Source: Chromatiales bacterium (GTDB lineage: Bacteria > Pseudomonadota > Gammaproteobacteria > Poriferisulfidales > Oxydemutatoraceae). From it: a stretch of 64,000 nucleotides of DNA. The notes beneath the pieces were generated by a model. The model ran no database searches, was not told the origin of the DNA, and worked only from the letters and a program-made list of their open reading frames with translations. Shown piece by piece: positions 52,430-60,971 of this stretch; the first letter of the stretch is position 1; the number at the start of each line of letters is the position of its first letter. The stretch is from assembly GCA_014323925.1 (NCBI GenBank), contig JACONC010000002.1:58571-122570 (forward strand). Direction: 5' to 3'. The translations under genes were made by a program, and so were the position numbers.

Positions 52430-52873
52430 ATGGATAACCAGCGCAGAAAATTCATTGAAAACAGTATCGTCGTCGGCACCGCATCTCTGTTAGCACCATC
52501 GCTAATGTTTGCCGAGTGGCCGCAGAATGCATTTAACGAGACCGAACTAGACCAGGCACTTGTCGCTATTGCACAGGGACCTCTGGAGGAAGGAGATATT
52601 ACTTTGGTGGCACCTAAAATTGCCGAAAACGGTTCACAGGTTAGGGTTGATGTGCAGGTTATGATGGATCATGTAGAATGGATTAGCATTTTGGTAGACA
52701 AAAACCCAGTGCCACTGACTTCACAATTCTTAATGATGGGCAGGAGTGAGCCGTATATTGCTACCAATATAAAAGTGCGTGAGACTTCCAATATCATTGT
52801 ACTGGTCAAAGCTGACAACAAATATTACAGTACCCGCCAACAAGTTAGAGTTTCTGCCGGCGGTTGCGGTTAA
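52430..52873 (+). CDS. soxY: Sulfur-carrier protein SoxY
   Basis: Tat signal QRRKFIE...ASLLAPSLMFA and terminal ...SAGGCG-stop with the carrier cysteine. Confidence 0.8.
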   Translation: MDNQRRKFIENSIVVGTASLLAPSLMFAEWPQNAFNETELDQALVAIAQGPLEEGDITLVAPKIAENGSQVRVDVQVMMDHVEWISILVDKNPVPLTSQFLMMGRSEPYIATNIKVRETSNIIVLVKADNKYYSTRQQVRVSAGGCG

Positions 52874-52888
52874 GGGTAAAATACAGCT

Positions 52889-53200
52889 ATGGCGAATTCG
52901 ATAAAAATGCGTATTAGCAAAAAAGGTGACGAAGTAATCGTCAAAGCACTTATTAAACATCCGATGGAAACCGGGCGCAAAGTAGACCCCGATACTGGCG
53001 AGACTATCCCGGCGCATTTTATACAAACGGTGATAGGCGAATACGACGGTAGAAAAGTATTTACTGCCTATTGGGGAACCGGCGTGTCAGAAAATCCGTT
53101 CATATCCTTTAAATTTAAGGGTGGGGAAGAATCTAAAATGGTTAAACTCAGCTGGTTTGACAATCAAGGTGCATCGGATAGCTTGGAAGTCCCCATCTAA
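52889..53200 (+). CDS. soxZ: Sulfur-carrier complex protein SoxZ
   Basis: 103 aa immediately after soxY, KALIKHPMETG SoxZ-type beta sandwich. Confidence 0.7.
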   Translation: MANSIKMRISKKGDEVIVKALIKHPMETGRKVDPDTGETIPAHFIQTVIGEYDGRKVFTAYWGTGVSENPFISFKFKGGEESKMVKLSWFDNQGASDSLEVPI

Positions 53201-53300
53201 TCGACGATCTACCAACGCTAGGCTTCGTGTATTTCTATAGCAATTCTTTCCGACCCATATCGTGTACCATAGACATTGGTGTATATACGATGTCATTTGA

Positions 53301-54140
53301 GTGATGTATTCTAATATCGTTTCAACAAAAGAGCTTTTTGAGCAGCGAACCAATCCTAAGTGGATTGTTTTTGATTGTCGCTTTAATGTTACCCGACCAC
53401 ATTGGGGAGCGGAGCAATACCGTAGCGGTCATATACCAGGTGCTTTTTATTGTAATTTAGATAACGATTTATCTTCTCCGCCTACTCCCAATAGTGGTCG
53501 CCATCCATTGCCTAACCCTCAAGACTTGGCAACCAAACTAGCTGCCTGGGGTGTATCTAACGACAGTCAAGTGGTGGTTTACGACGAATCAGTCGGAGCT
53601 GTTGCTGCAAGAATGTGGTGGGAGTTGCGATGGCTTGGGCATACTTCGGTTGCAGTTCTAGATGGTGGTCTGGTTCAGTGGAACGAAGCTGGTTATCCGT
53701 TGACTACGGAGTTGCCTAAAGTCAAAGCTAAAGGCAATTTCCAGCCACATCCTAACAATGACTTATGGGTCTCTGTTGCCGAAGTTGAAAGGATTAGAGA
53801 AGATGACCAAACAGTTTTAATCGATGCCCGATCTAGAGTTCGCTTTAGCGGCGAGCAAGAACAAGTAGATGCGGTGGGCGGCCATATACCCGGCGCGCTA
53901 AACCGGCCGCTGACTGATAATATAGATGATAACGGCTGCTTCCTACCAGCTGAACAATTACGCAATTATTATCAACCTTTATGTGGTGAGCGCACTATTC
54001 ATTATTGTGGTTCAGGAGTGACTGCCTGCCATAATCTATTAGCGATGGAGTTGGCTGGGTTGGGGTTGCAACAACTATATGTGGGGTCTTGGAGTGAATG
54101 GATACGCTCTGCAGATCGTCCGATAGCAAAAGGAGACTAA
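53301..54140 (+). CDS. sseA: Two-domain rhodanese (thiosulfate/3-mercaptopyruvate sulfurtransferase)
   Basis: Tandem rhodanese domains, active-site loop CGSGVTAC in second domain. Confidence 0.8.
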   Translation: MMYSNIVSTKELFEQRTNPKWIVFDCRFNVTRPHWGAEQYRSGHIPGAFYCNLDNDLSSPPTPNSGRHPLPNPQDLATKLAAWGVSNDSQVVVYDESVGAVAARMWWELRWLGHTSVAVLDGGLVQWNEAGYPLTTELPKVKAKGNFQPHPNNDLWVSVAEVERIREDDQTVLIDARSRVRFSGEQEQVDAVGGHIPGALNRPLTDNIDDNGCFLPAEQLRNYYQPLCGERTIHYCGSGVTACHNLLAMELAGLGLQQLYVGSWSEWIRSADRPIAKGD

Positions 54141-54188
54141 AATCTATAAACTAGTCTTCAGACAAATCAACAGAGAGAGGATAGATAT

Positions 54189-54728
54189 ATGGAAAAAATA
54201 ACGGTACAAGAGCTGAAAAAAGCAATTGATGCAGGGACCTCTGCACAAATCGTAGATGTTAGAACACCTAGCGAATATATTAGCGAGCGACTAGAAGCAG
54301 CGATGTCAGTGCCGCTAACTCACTTTGATCAATTAGCAATGAGTCTGGATAAATCTCGTGATGTTTATGTAATGTGCCGTAGTGGACGCAGAGCCGAAGA
54401 GTTTTGTCAAAGAATGGATGCTTTGGGTTATCGCACATTTTGTGTAGACGGCGGCCTGCAAGCGTGGCTTAAGCAGGACTTCCCAGTACTGCGCACACCA
54501 GGTCAGCCTTGGTCTCTTGAGCGACAAACACGCTTTGCGATAGGTCTACTAGTGCTTGTTGGCGTATTGCTGGCATTAACTGTACACCCTGGCTTTATCT
54601 ACCTATGCGGTTTTATCGGTTTAGGATTGATGTATGCGGGAGCTACTGATTTCTGTGGAATGTCTTTGTTGCTGGCTAGACTACCGTGGAACAAACCGCG
54701 CGAGAGTATGCAACAGGCATCACGGTGA
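54189..54728 (+). CDS. Membrane-anchored single-domain rhodanese (YgaP-like)
   Basis: Rhodanese domain with CRSGRRA active-site loop plus two C-terminal TM helices (DUF2892-like). Confidence 0.7.
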   Translation: MEKITVQELKKAIDAGTSAQIVDVRTPSEYISERLEAAMSVPLTHFDQLAMSLDKSRDVYVMCRSGRRAEEFCQRMDALGYRTFCVDGGLQAWLKQDFPVLRTPGQPWSLERQTRFAIGLLVLVGVLLALTVHPGFIYLCGFIGLGLMYAGATDFCGMSLLLARLPWNKPRESMQQASR

Positions 54729-55291
54729 ACTATTGCAGTGAGTGTGGTTCTGATAGATTAGTCTATAGACTACCGCAAGGTGATACTAGAAAACGAACAG
54801 TATGCAACTCGTGCGGTCATACCTTTTACAGTAACCCTAAAATCGTAACTGGGTGCATACTAGAATGGCAGAAGCGTATTCTATTATGTAAGCGTGCGAT
54901 AGAACCGCGTATTAATCTCTGGACCGTACCAGCCGGATTTTTAGAGAACGGTGAGTCGGTTATTGAGGCTGCAGCTCGCGAAGCTGAAGAAGAGGCATGT
55001 GCGAAATCTGAAAATCTAGTGATTCACAGCTTTTATAATATTAGGTATGTTAACCAAGTATATATACTTTACCGCGGTTCCTTAAAGGACGGCAACTATG
55101 GCGTCGGACATGAAAGTAACGATGCCATGTTATGCGCCGAAACTGATATCCCATGGCAACAAATTGCTTTTCCAGTAATAGCAGATGCATTAAAGCTCTA
55201 TTTTGCCGATCGCGGTCGCTGCCATTATCAATACCACGAAGGCGACATCTACAAAGGTGACGATAATCAAGCTCGTATCGTCCGTTATTAA
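54686..55291 (+). CDS. NUDIX hydrolase with N-terminal zinc ribbon
   Basis: CSECGS...CNSCGH ribbon; Nudix box GFLENGESVIEAAAREAEEEA. Confidence 0.7.
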   Translation: MEQTAREYATGITVNYCSECGSDRLVYRLPQGDTRKRTVCNSCGHTFYSNPKIVTGCILEWQKRILLCKRAIEPRINLWTVPAGFLENGESVIEAAAREAEEEACAKSENLVIHSFYNIRYVNQVYILYRGSLKDGNYGVGHESNDAMLCAETDIPWQQIAFPVIADALKLYFADRGRCHYQYHEGDIYKGDDNQARIVRY

Positions 55292-55292
55292 C

Positions 55293-55634
55293 TTAACTGG
55301 CTTTTGCAGAACCTCCCAAGCAAGGCGGCGATTTTTTCACTTGCTTATTTTTAGCCTGCCATTCTCTTGGGCTTAGAGTGTGCAACGCAAGCGCGTGCAC
55401 ACCTTCTTGCATTAGCTGAGCAAGTGCCGAGTACACCGCCTGATGTCGTTTGACCAATCCGAGTCGTTCAAACCCGCTTGCCACTATGATTACCTTAAAA
55501 TGAGATTCGGCACCAGGCGGCACATTGTGTTGACTACTCTCGTTGATAACTTCGAGATAATCCGGCGTGAAAGTTTGCTGTAATTTATGTTCTATTAGTT
55601 GCTGTTTGTTTTGCATTAGATTCTCCATAATCAT
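55293..55634 (-). CDS. BolA-family protein
   Basis: ~110 aa with BolA-type helix-turn-helix fold pattern (HFKVIIVAS...). Confidence 0.7.
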   Translation of the reverse strand: MIMENLMQNKQQLIEHKLQQTFTPDYLEVINESSQHNVPPGAESHFKVIIVASGFERLGLVKRHQAVYSALAQLMQEGVHALALHTLSPREWQAKNKQVKKSPPCLGGSAKAS

Positions 55635-56428
55635 CTGTTAGCCATTATAGCTTTGCTGTAAAAATTGTAGCTATTATTAATCGTTTGCTCAATCAAATCA
55701 GTTATCTCAACTTTGCGTCTTTGGGCAATATCTTGTGCTATGTAGGGAAGGTATGCCGGCTCGTTCGGTTTGTTATAAAACGATTTGCCTAAACTGCGCG
55801 GTATTAGATAAGGGGCATCGGTTTCTAGCAGCAAGCGATCATCTGGTATCGCAGTAATAGCGTCGCGTAGATCTGCGGCACGCCGATCGTCACAAATCCA
55901 TCCGGTCACACCAATATATAAGTCTAAAGCTAAATAATCCTCGAGCATAGCGCGGTTACCAGTAAAGCAATGTACGACGGCATTGTTGATATGTTCGCGA
56001 TAGGGTTTCAATATTTTTATGAAATCCTCGTGGGCGTCGCGTTGATGCATAAATAAAGGTAAGCCGGTGTCAATCGCTAACTCTATTTGTTGTGCAAAAA
56101 CAGATTGCTGTATCTTAGGTGACGATAGGTTTCTATAATAATCCAAGCCAGTTTCACCAATTGCAACAACCTTCTCTCGAACAGCCAAATCTCTGAGGGT
56201 TTCATAACTGGTATCGTTCCATTGCTCAGCCTGGTGGGGATGGGTGCCGACACTTGCCCAAAGACAGTTTGTATGTTGATTGGCTAAAGCGATGGCGGCA
56301 CCGCTATCTGCGACATCAGATGCGGTGACTATCATCGTATGGACGCCGGCCTGCAGTGCCCGTTCTAGCACCTGCGATAACTGCGCGTTAAGTTTTGTGT
56401 GGGTAAGATTACAACAGATATCAATCAT
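55631..56428 (-). CDS. TatD-family metal-dependent hydrolase
   Basis: TatD His motifs (IDICCNLTH, VGTHPH, GETGLDY, VVHCF, LLETDAPYL). Confidence 0.85.
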   Translation of the reverse strand: MIDICCNLTHTKLNAQLSQVLERALQAGVHTMIVTASDVADSGAAIALANQHTNCLWASVGTHPHQAEQWNDTSYETLRDLAVREKVVAIGETGLDYYRNLSSPKIQQSVFAQQIELAIDTGLPLFMHQRDAHEDFIKILKPYREHINNAVVHCFTGNRAMLEDYLALDLYIGVTGWICDDRRAADLRDAITAIPDDRLLLETDAPYLIPRSLGKSFYNKPNEPAYLPYIAQDIAQRRKVEITDLIEQTINNSYNFYSKAIMANR

Positions 56429-56449
56429 CAGTAATATCTGAATGAATGG

Positions 56450-57382
56450 TTAGATAAGCATCAGTCGGTCGAGTTCAAACTGCAACTGTTTTAGAAGTTT
56501 GCACTCAACAACACTTATTTCTTTTATGACATCTCCGTAGTTATGCCCAGCCGGCGCATACAAAATAATATTCAGGTGGGGTTCGTGTTGTCTAGTTTTA
56601 CGAAGCAAAATGGGCGCTGCGTCATTCGTCTCACTACCGCTAGTAACAAAAATAGCAATTTTGGCTTTTGCCCAATTGATGATTTCGAATATGTCTTCTG
56701 CGGAAGTTTCAGCATCTAAATAAATCGGATGCCACTTATAGGCAGCAACTGTAGCCAACGCTTTTAAGCCGCTCAATTCAAAATCGTTCTCCAACGAACA
56801 AACCACCGCAGTAAAACGTTCTTTTGCTTGCCGCGTTGCTAATGTTAACAGATAAGATCTGATTAGATTATTAAAGACTTTGCGGTGCCCGTTCAGCAGA
56901 TTACCTCTGCGACATTCGTCACGCACATAAGATACCAATGGCGTCAACAGATCTTCTATCATAAATACTGTCCCTAGAGATTTTTCTGCCCGTACTAGCG
57001 TATTGAACAATATATGAGAATCAAATTGATTGACCGCAACCACGCAAGCCTCCATATAATCCATTACCGACGCAGTACTTTTTCTTTGTAAGCCGGCAAT
57101 AATCGGTTCGCTAGCACCTTCGTCTTGTTCGACCATATCCAGCAACTTGGCGTCGGACAACTGTACGATATCGCTGATGCGCCGCCCACCTCGGCAGGCC
57201 TTAGCTAATAAAATTAACCGTTGCACATCAGCGTCGCTATAGATCCGTTTGCCATGGTTACCACGCTGAGGTGAAACTGCGTTATAGCGGTTTTCCCATG
57301 CGCGTATCACCTCCGGAGTTAAACCACAATATCTTGCAACCACACCAATAGTGTGTATATTGTTCTTTTTTGAGTGGTTCAT
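56450..57382 (-). CDS. MerR-family transcriptional regulator with large C-terminal (possibly B12-binding-like, LitR/CarH-type) domain
   Basis: N-terminal MerR HTH (IGVVARYCGLTPEVIRAWENRY); ~200-aa C-terminal Rossmann-like domain; canonical ExHxxG not seen. Confidence 0.5.
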   Translation of the reverse strand: MNHSKKNNIHTIGVVARYCGLTPEVIRAWENRYNAVSPQRGNHGKRIYSDADVQRLILLAKACRGGRRISDIVQLSDAKLLDMVEQDEGASEPIIAGLQRKSTASVMDYMEACVVAVNQFDSHILFNTLVRAEKSLGTVFMIEDLLTPLVSYVRDECRRGNLLNGHRKVFNNLIRSYLLTLATRQAKERFTAVVCSLENDFELSGLKALATVAAYKWHPIYLDAETSAEDIFEIINWAKAKIAIFVTSGSETNDAAPILLRKTRQHEPHLNIILYAPAGHNYGDVIKEISVVECKLLKQLQFELDRLMLI

Positions 57383-57566
57383 TTTGTACAGATGTTATTA
57401 ATGTAAATTATCCTTTATATATCAATAATAATAGCATTAAAGTACTTTTTGTATTGTACAAAATGCTCAAAAATATCTTTTTTTTGTATAAAAAGCCTAT
57501 ACTATAACTATCTGTAAGCGGACTAGTACTGCTTATGAAGTTAAACTAGTAAATGGAGATAATACG

Positions 57567-58709
57567 ATGAATAAGTTTTTAATCAACATTCGTTATATGA
57601 TCGCACCTGTGACAATACTGCTTGCTATGTGGGGAGTCTTTATAGGCGGCCCTTGGGTATGGCTAGGTGTTTATATGTTAGGTGCAGGCATTTTGTTGGA
57701 TGCTCTCGTTCCTAAAAAAACAATGGGCGCAGGTTTTGACGAGAACGGCGATACCAACGGTATTCCAGGTTTTCAAAACGGCGTCATGTACTTTATGCTA
57801 GCAGTATTTGTGCTGTTGCAAATAAACTTGGCATGGCGCGTTTACGAATACGCAGCTGGTATTCCTTTGGGAACCACTGAGATGTTCGGCATTACCGTCT
57901 ATCAAGGTATCACTGGTCTACAATTAGTTGGTGCAGTCATCTCATCCGGAATTTTTGCCGGTATAGGCATCATATATGGACATGAGTTGGCACACACCAA
58001 AGGCTTTAGCTTCGTAATTGCTCGGTGGATGATGGCGTTGAGTGGTTCTTCCCACTTCTGCTATGCGCATGTTTACAACCATCATTTAGAGTTAGGTTGC
58101 TCGGACGACCCGGCAACTGCACCGCGTGGCCGCAGCCTATACGGACACCTTCCGTTGTCCTACTTAGGACAATCGAAATTCCTATATGGTATGGAAAAAA
58201 ATCGTTTAGAGCGTCTAGGCGTACCTTTTCTATCATGGCAAAACCGTTGGCTTAGAGGTTATGCGATGAGCTTACCTTCGCTATTTCTATTCTGGTTAGC
58301 GGGTGGTTGGCTTGGCGTTTTGTGTCTTGCTTTGGTTTGGATAATTTCCAACTTTGAACTGGAAGCACTGAACTATCTAGAGCACTACGGCTTGATTCGT
58401 GAGAAAGGTCAACCGATAGACTATCGTCATTCGTGGGATAACTCAACCGCTTTGACTAGTTGGTATTTCATAGAAATTGGTCGCCAAGCGGATCACCACG
58501 ATCGTGGCGAGACCCATTTCTGGGAGCTTGACGAAGTCGGTGCTCCTAATACTAACTGCGGCTACTTTATGTTGTTTGCCATTGCTCTATTTCCTATGCT
58601 GTTCCACAAGCTCATGGAAAAAGAACTGAAGAAATGGGACGACAACGAAGCCGTTGAAGGTGAGCGTCAAATTGCTGACACAATGAACCAACACGCAGGC
58701 TACGCTTAA
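57567..58709 (+). CDS. AlkB-family integral-membrane di-iron hydroxylase (alkane 1-monooxygenase / desaturase-like)
   Basis: Four His boxes in AlkB order: HELAH, HVYNHH, NYLEHYGL, ADHHD; multiple TM helices. Confidence 0.65.
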   Translation: MNKFLINIRYMIAPVTILLAMWGVFIGGPWVWLGVYMLGAGILLDALVPKKTMGAGFDENGDTNGIPGFQNGVMYFMLAVFVLLQINLAWRVYEYAAGIPLGTTEMFGITVYQGITGLQLVGAVISSGIFAGIGIIYGHELAHTKGFSFVIARWMMALSGSSHFCYAHVYNHHLELGCSDDPATAPRGRSLYGHLPLSYLGQSKFLYGMEKNRLERLGVPFLSWQNRWLRGYAMSLPSLFLFWLAGGWLGVLCLALVWIISNFELEALNYLEHYGLIREKGQPIDYRHSWDNSTALTSWYFIEIGRQADHHDRGETHFWELDEVGAPNTNCGYFMLFAIALFPMLFHKLMEKELKKWDDNEAVEGERQIADTMNQHAGYA

Positions 58710-58738
58710 TATTCAATTTATTAGATCCCTGTGTAAAG

Positions 58739-58769
58739 CCGCCGGCACCTTGGTGTCGGCGGTCTTTTT
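58739..58769 (+). terminator. Rho-independent terminator after AlkB-like gene
   Basis: 10-bp GC stem CCGCCGGCAC-cttg-GTGTCGGCGG followed by TCTTTTTA. Confidence 0.7.
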
Positions 58770-58815
58770 ATACCTAAATGGTAGTATGTCTATTGGTGGA
58801 TAGTGGTTTATAATT

Positions 58816-59514
58816 TTGTCTGTGAATGATGAATTAATAAATCAGATCATATCCGACAGCGATGAGCGACCAAGCCACGCTGCTCTAGAAAATCGTTTGC
58901 GCGAGATAGAGCAAACTTTAGCGCATCTACCCACCACCGTAACCGAAAAACAACAATTACTCATACTCGAGAAAGCCGAAATTCTAGTCGAATTAGGAGA
59001 TAAGCAGCAAGCATGGCAACTCGCACGGACTGGCTTTGATTATTTTCTTGCAAGCAAGCAATGGCAATACGCAGTACAGGCGTGCGAGATAGCTTATCGC
59101 TGCGATTGCGAGGATTCAATAGCAGCGTTGGGCATGGCGTGTTGGCTGGCGATCACTTACCCTATAGAGCCGCTACTATCGATTCGCGTGCTACATTATG
59201 TAATAGACGAAACCCCAGACAACTCCGACGGTGCTGCTGTGGTGGCAGTTGTTGCACATTATTTAGTCGATCTGCGGGTAGCAGATAAGCAAAGAGATAG
59301 CCTATTATTCATAACCAAACAAAAGATTGCTGATGTTGCCCGCCGTCATCGTAATATAGCAGACGAAGAAAGTATCAATATCTGGATGGATATCTTAGGC
59401 CTCAAAGACCCTAAAGAATTTTTACCTAAGATGGCAAAAGTTATAGAAATAATCACTGATGACAAATGGTGGTTTGACCGCGAACAACTACGCGCTCAGT
59501 TGCCAGTTAATTGA
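58816..59514 (+). CDS. Hypothetical protein (232 aa) translationally coupled to dinB
   Basis: ORF only; ATGA stop/start overlap with dinB. Confidence 0.4.
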   Translation: MSVNDELINQIISDSDERPSHAALENRLREIEQTLAHLPTTVTEKQQLLILEKAEILVELGDKQQAWQLARTGFDYFLASKQWQYAVQACEIAYRCDCEDSIAALGMACWLAITYPIEPLLSIRVLHYVIDETPDNSDGAAVVAVVAHYLVDLRVADKQRDSLLFITKQKIADVARRHRNIADEESINIWMDILGLKDPKEFLPKMAKVIEIITDDKWWFDREQLRAQLPVN

Positions 59515-60584
59515 TGGATCAACAAAGGTATATCGTTCATTTTGATATGGATGCTTTTTTTGCATCTATAGAACAACGAGACTTCCCGGCATATGCCGGC
59601 AAACCGATTATAGTCGGAGGCAAACCGGGTGAGCGTGGCGTTGTTGCTACTTGTAGTTACGAGGCACGACCTTTTGGTGTGGCTTCGGCAATGCCCTCTA
59701 CAACTGCCGCTCGCTTATGCCCGCAGGCAATATTCGTAAAACCCCGCTTTGAAGTCTATCGACAGGTGTCCGCACAAATACAAAGAATTTTCCGAAACTA
59801 TACCGACCTCGTAGAAATGTTATCGCTGGACGAAGCGTATTTAGATGTGAGTGACTCGGTAGCAAGTATTGAAGCTGCACGACAACTCGCATATCAAGTT
59901 AAAAACCAAATACTAAAAGAAACACAACTTACCGTATCGGCGGGTATTTCCTATAATAAATTTCTAGCTAAAATTGCCTCAGATATGGACAAACCGAACG
60001 GTTGCTATCTGATTAGCCGCAAAGATAGTTTAGATTTTGTTGCCCAATTACCTATCGGAAGATTCCACGGCATAGGCAAGGTTACGCAAAAGCGTATGCA
60101 GGAGATAGGAATTACAACTGGCTTAGATCTAAGACAGTGTACCCGCGAACTACTCATTAAAAAGTTTGGTAGAGTAGGTGATTATTATTATCACGCTGCG
60201 CGTGGCATAGACCACCGGCCAGTGGTGCCAAAACGACCTCGAAAATCGGTAGGAACAGAGACTACTTTTAGGCACGATCTCAACCACAACGATGCTATTT
60301 ATGAAGCATTAAAACAGCGAGCACTGGAAGTTGCCCGTATACTCACCTCGCGCAACCTAAGCGGGCGAACGGTGACCTTAAAGGTTAAATATGCCGATTT
60401 TCAACAAGTCACTCGTAGCCATACGCTAGATCATCCGTTAACTGGCTTACAAGAGATGTGGGCAATCATACTCGGCTTGTTGCAAAAAACCCAAGCTGGC
60501 AAAAGGCCAATACGTTTGTTAGGTATAGCGGTATCCAATCTATGTAGTTCAGCCACTCTGCGGCAAGAGCAACTTAAGTTTTAG
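59511..60584 (+). CDS. dinB: DNA polymerase IV (Y-family)
   Basis: HFDMDAFFASIEQRD (catalytic Asp), SLDEAYLD. Confidence 0.9.
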   Translation: MMDQQRYIVHFDMDAFFASIEQRDFPAYAGKPIIVGGKPGERGVVATCSYEARPFGVASAMPSTTAARLCPQAIFVKPRFEVYRQVSAQIQRIFRNYTDLVEMLSLDEAYLDVSDSVASIEAARQLAYQVKNQILKETQLTVSAGISYNKFLAKIASDMDKPNGCYLISRKDSLDFVAQLPIGRFHGIGKVTQKRMQEIGITTGLDLRQCTRELLIKKFGRVGDYYYHAARGIDHRPVVPKRPRKSVGTETTFRHDLNHNDAIYEALKQRALEVARILTSRNLSGRTVTLKVKYADFQQVTRSHTLDHPLTGLQEMWAIILGLLQKTQAGKRPIRLLGIAVSNLCSSATLRQEQLKF

Positions 60585-60786
60585 GTTTTCAGTCGCTCGA
60601 TACAACGCCGCGCTGCTTCATTTGTTGTTTTTTTCGTATGACTTCCCAAGCACTGCATATGCCGCAATGTTTAGCTTACAGTAAATAAGCTCGACTCAAT
60701 ATACCTATCGTGGCATCGTACATACACCCATTATACCCGTGCTAAAATGCTACGGTGAATGATACTCAGCGATATTTCTTATACTG

Positions 60787-60862
<76 letters not shown>

Positions 60863-60888
60863 GTTTAGTCCGCCCCGGCCTAAGACAT

Positions 60889-60964
60889 GCGCCCGTAGCT
60901 CAGTGGATAGAGCGTTGCCCTCCGGAGGCAAAAGTCGCAGGTTCGAATCCTGCCGGGCGCGCCA
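60889..60964 (+). tRNA. tRNA-Arg (anticodon CCG)
   Basis: Hand-folded: acceptor GCGCCCG/CGGGCGC, anticodon loop CTCCGGA, T-arm GCAGGTTCGAATCCTGC, GCCA. Confidence 0.85.
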
Positions 60965-60971
60965 TCGGCAA

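Noticed and set aside
60585-60786. Possible terminator or att-like repeat between dinB and tRNA-Thr
   Set aside because: Only a weak GC segment followed by a T-run (gcgctgcttcatttgttgttttttt). There is no convincing stem and no duplicated tRNA 3' end.
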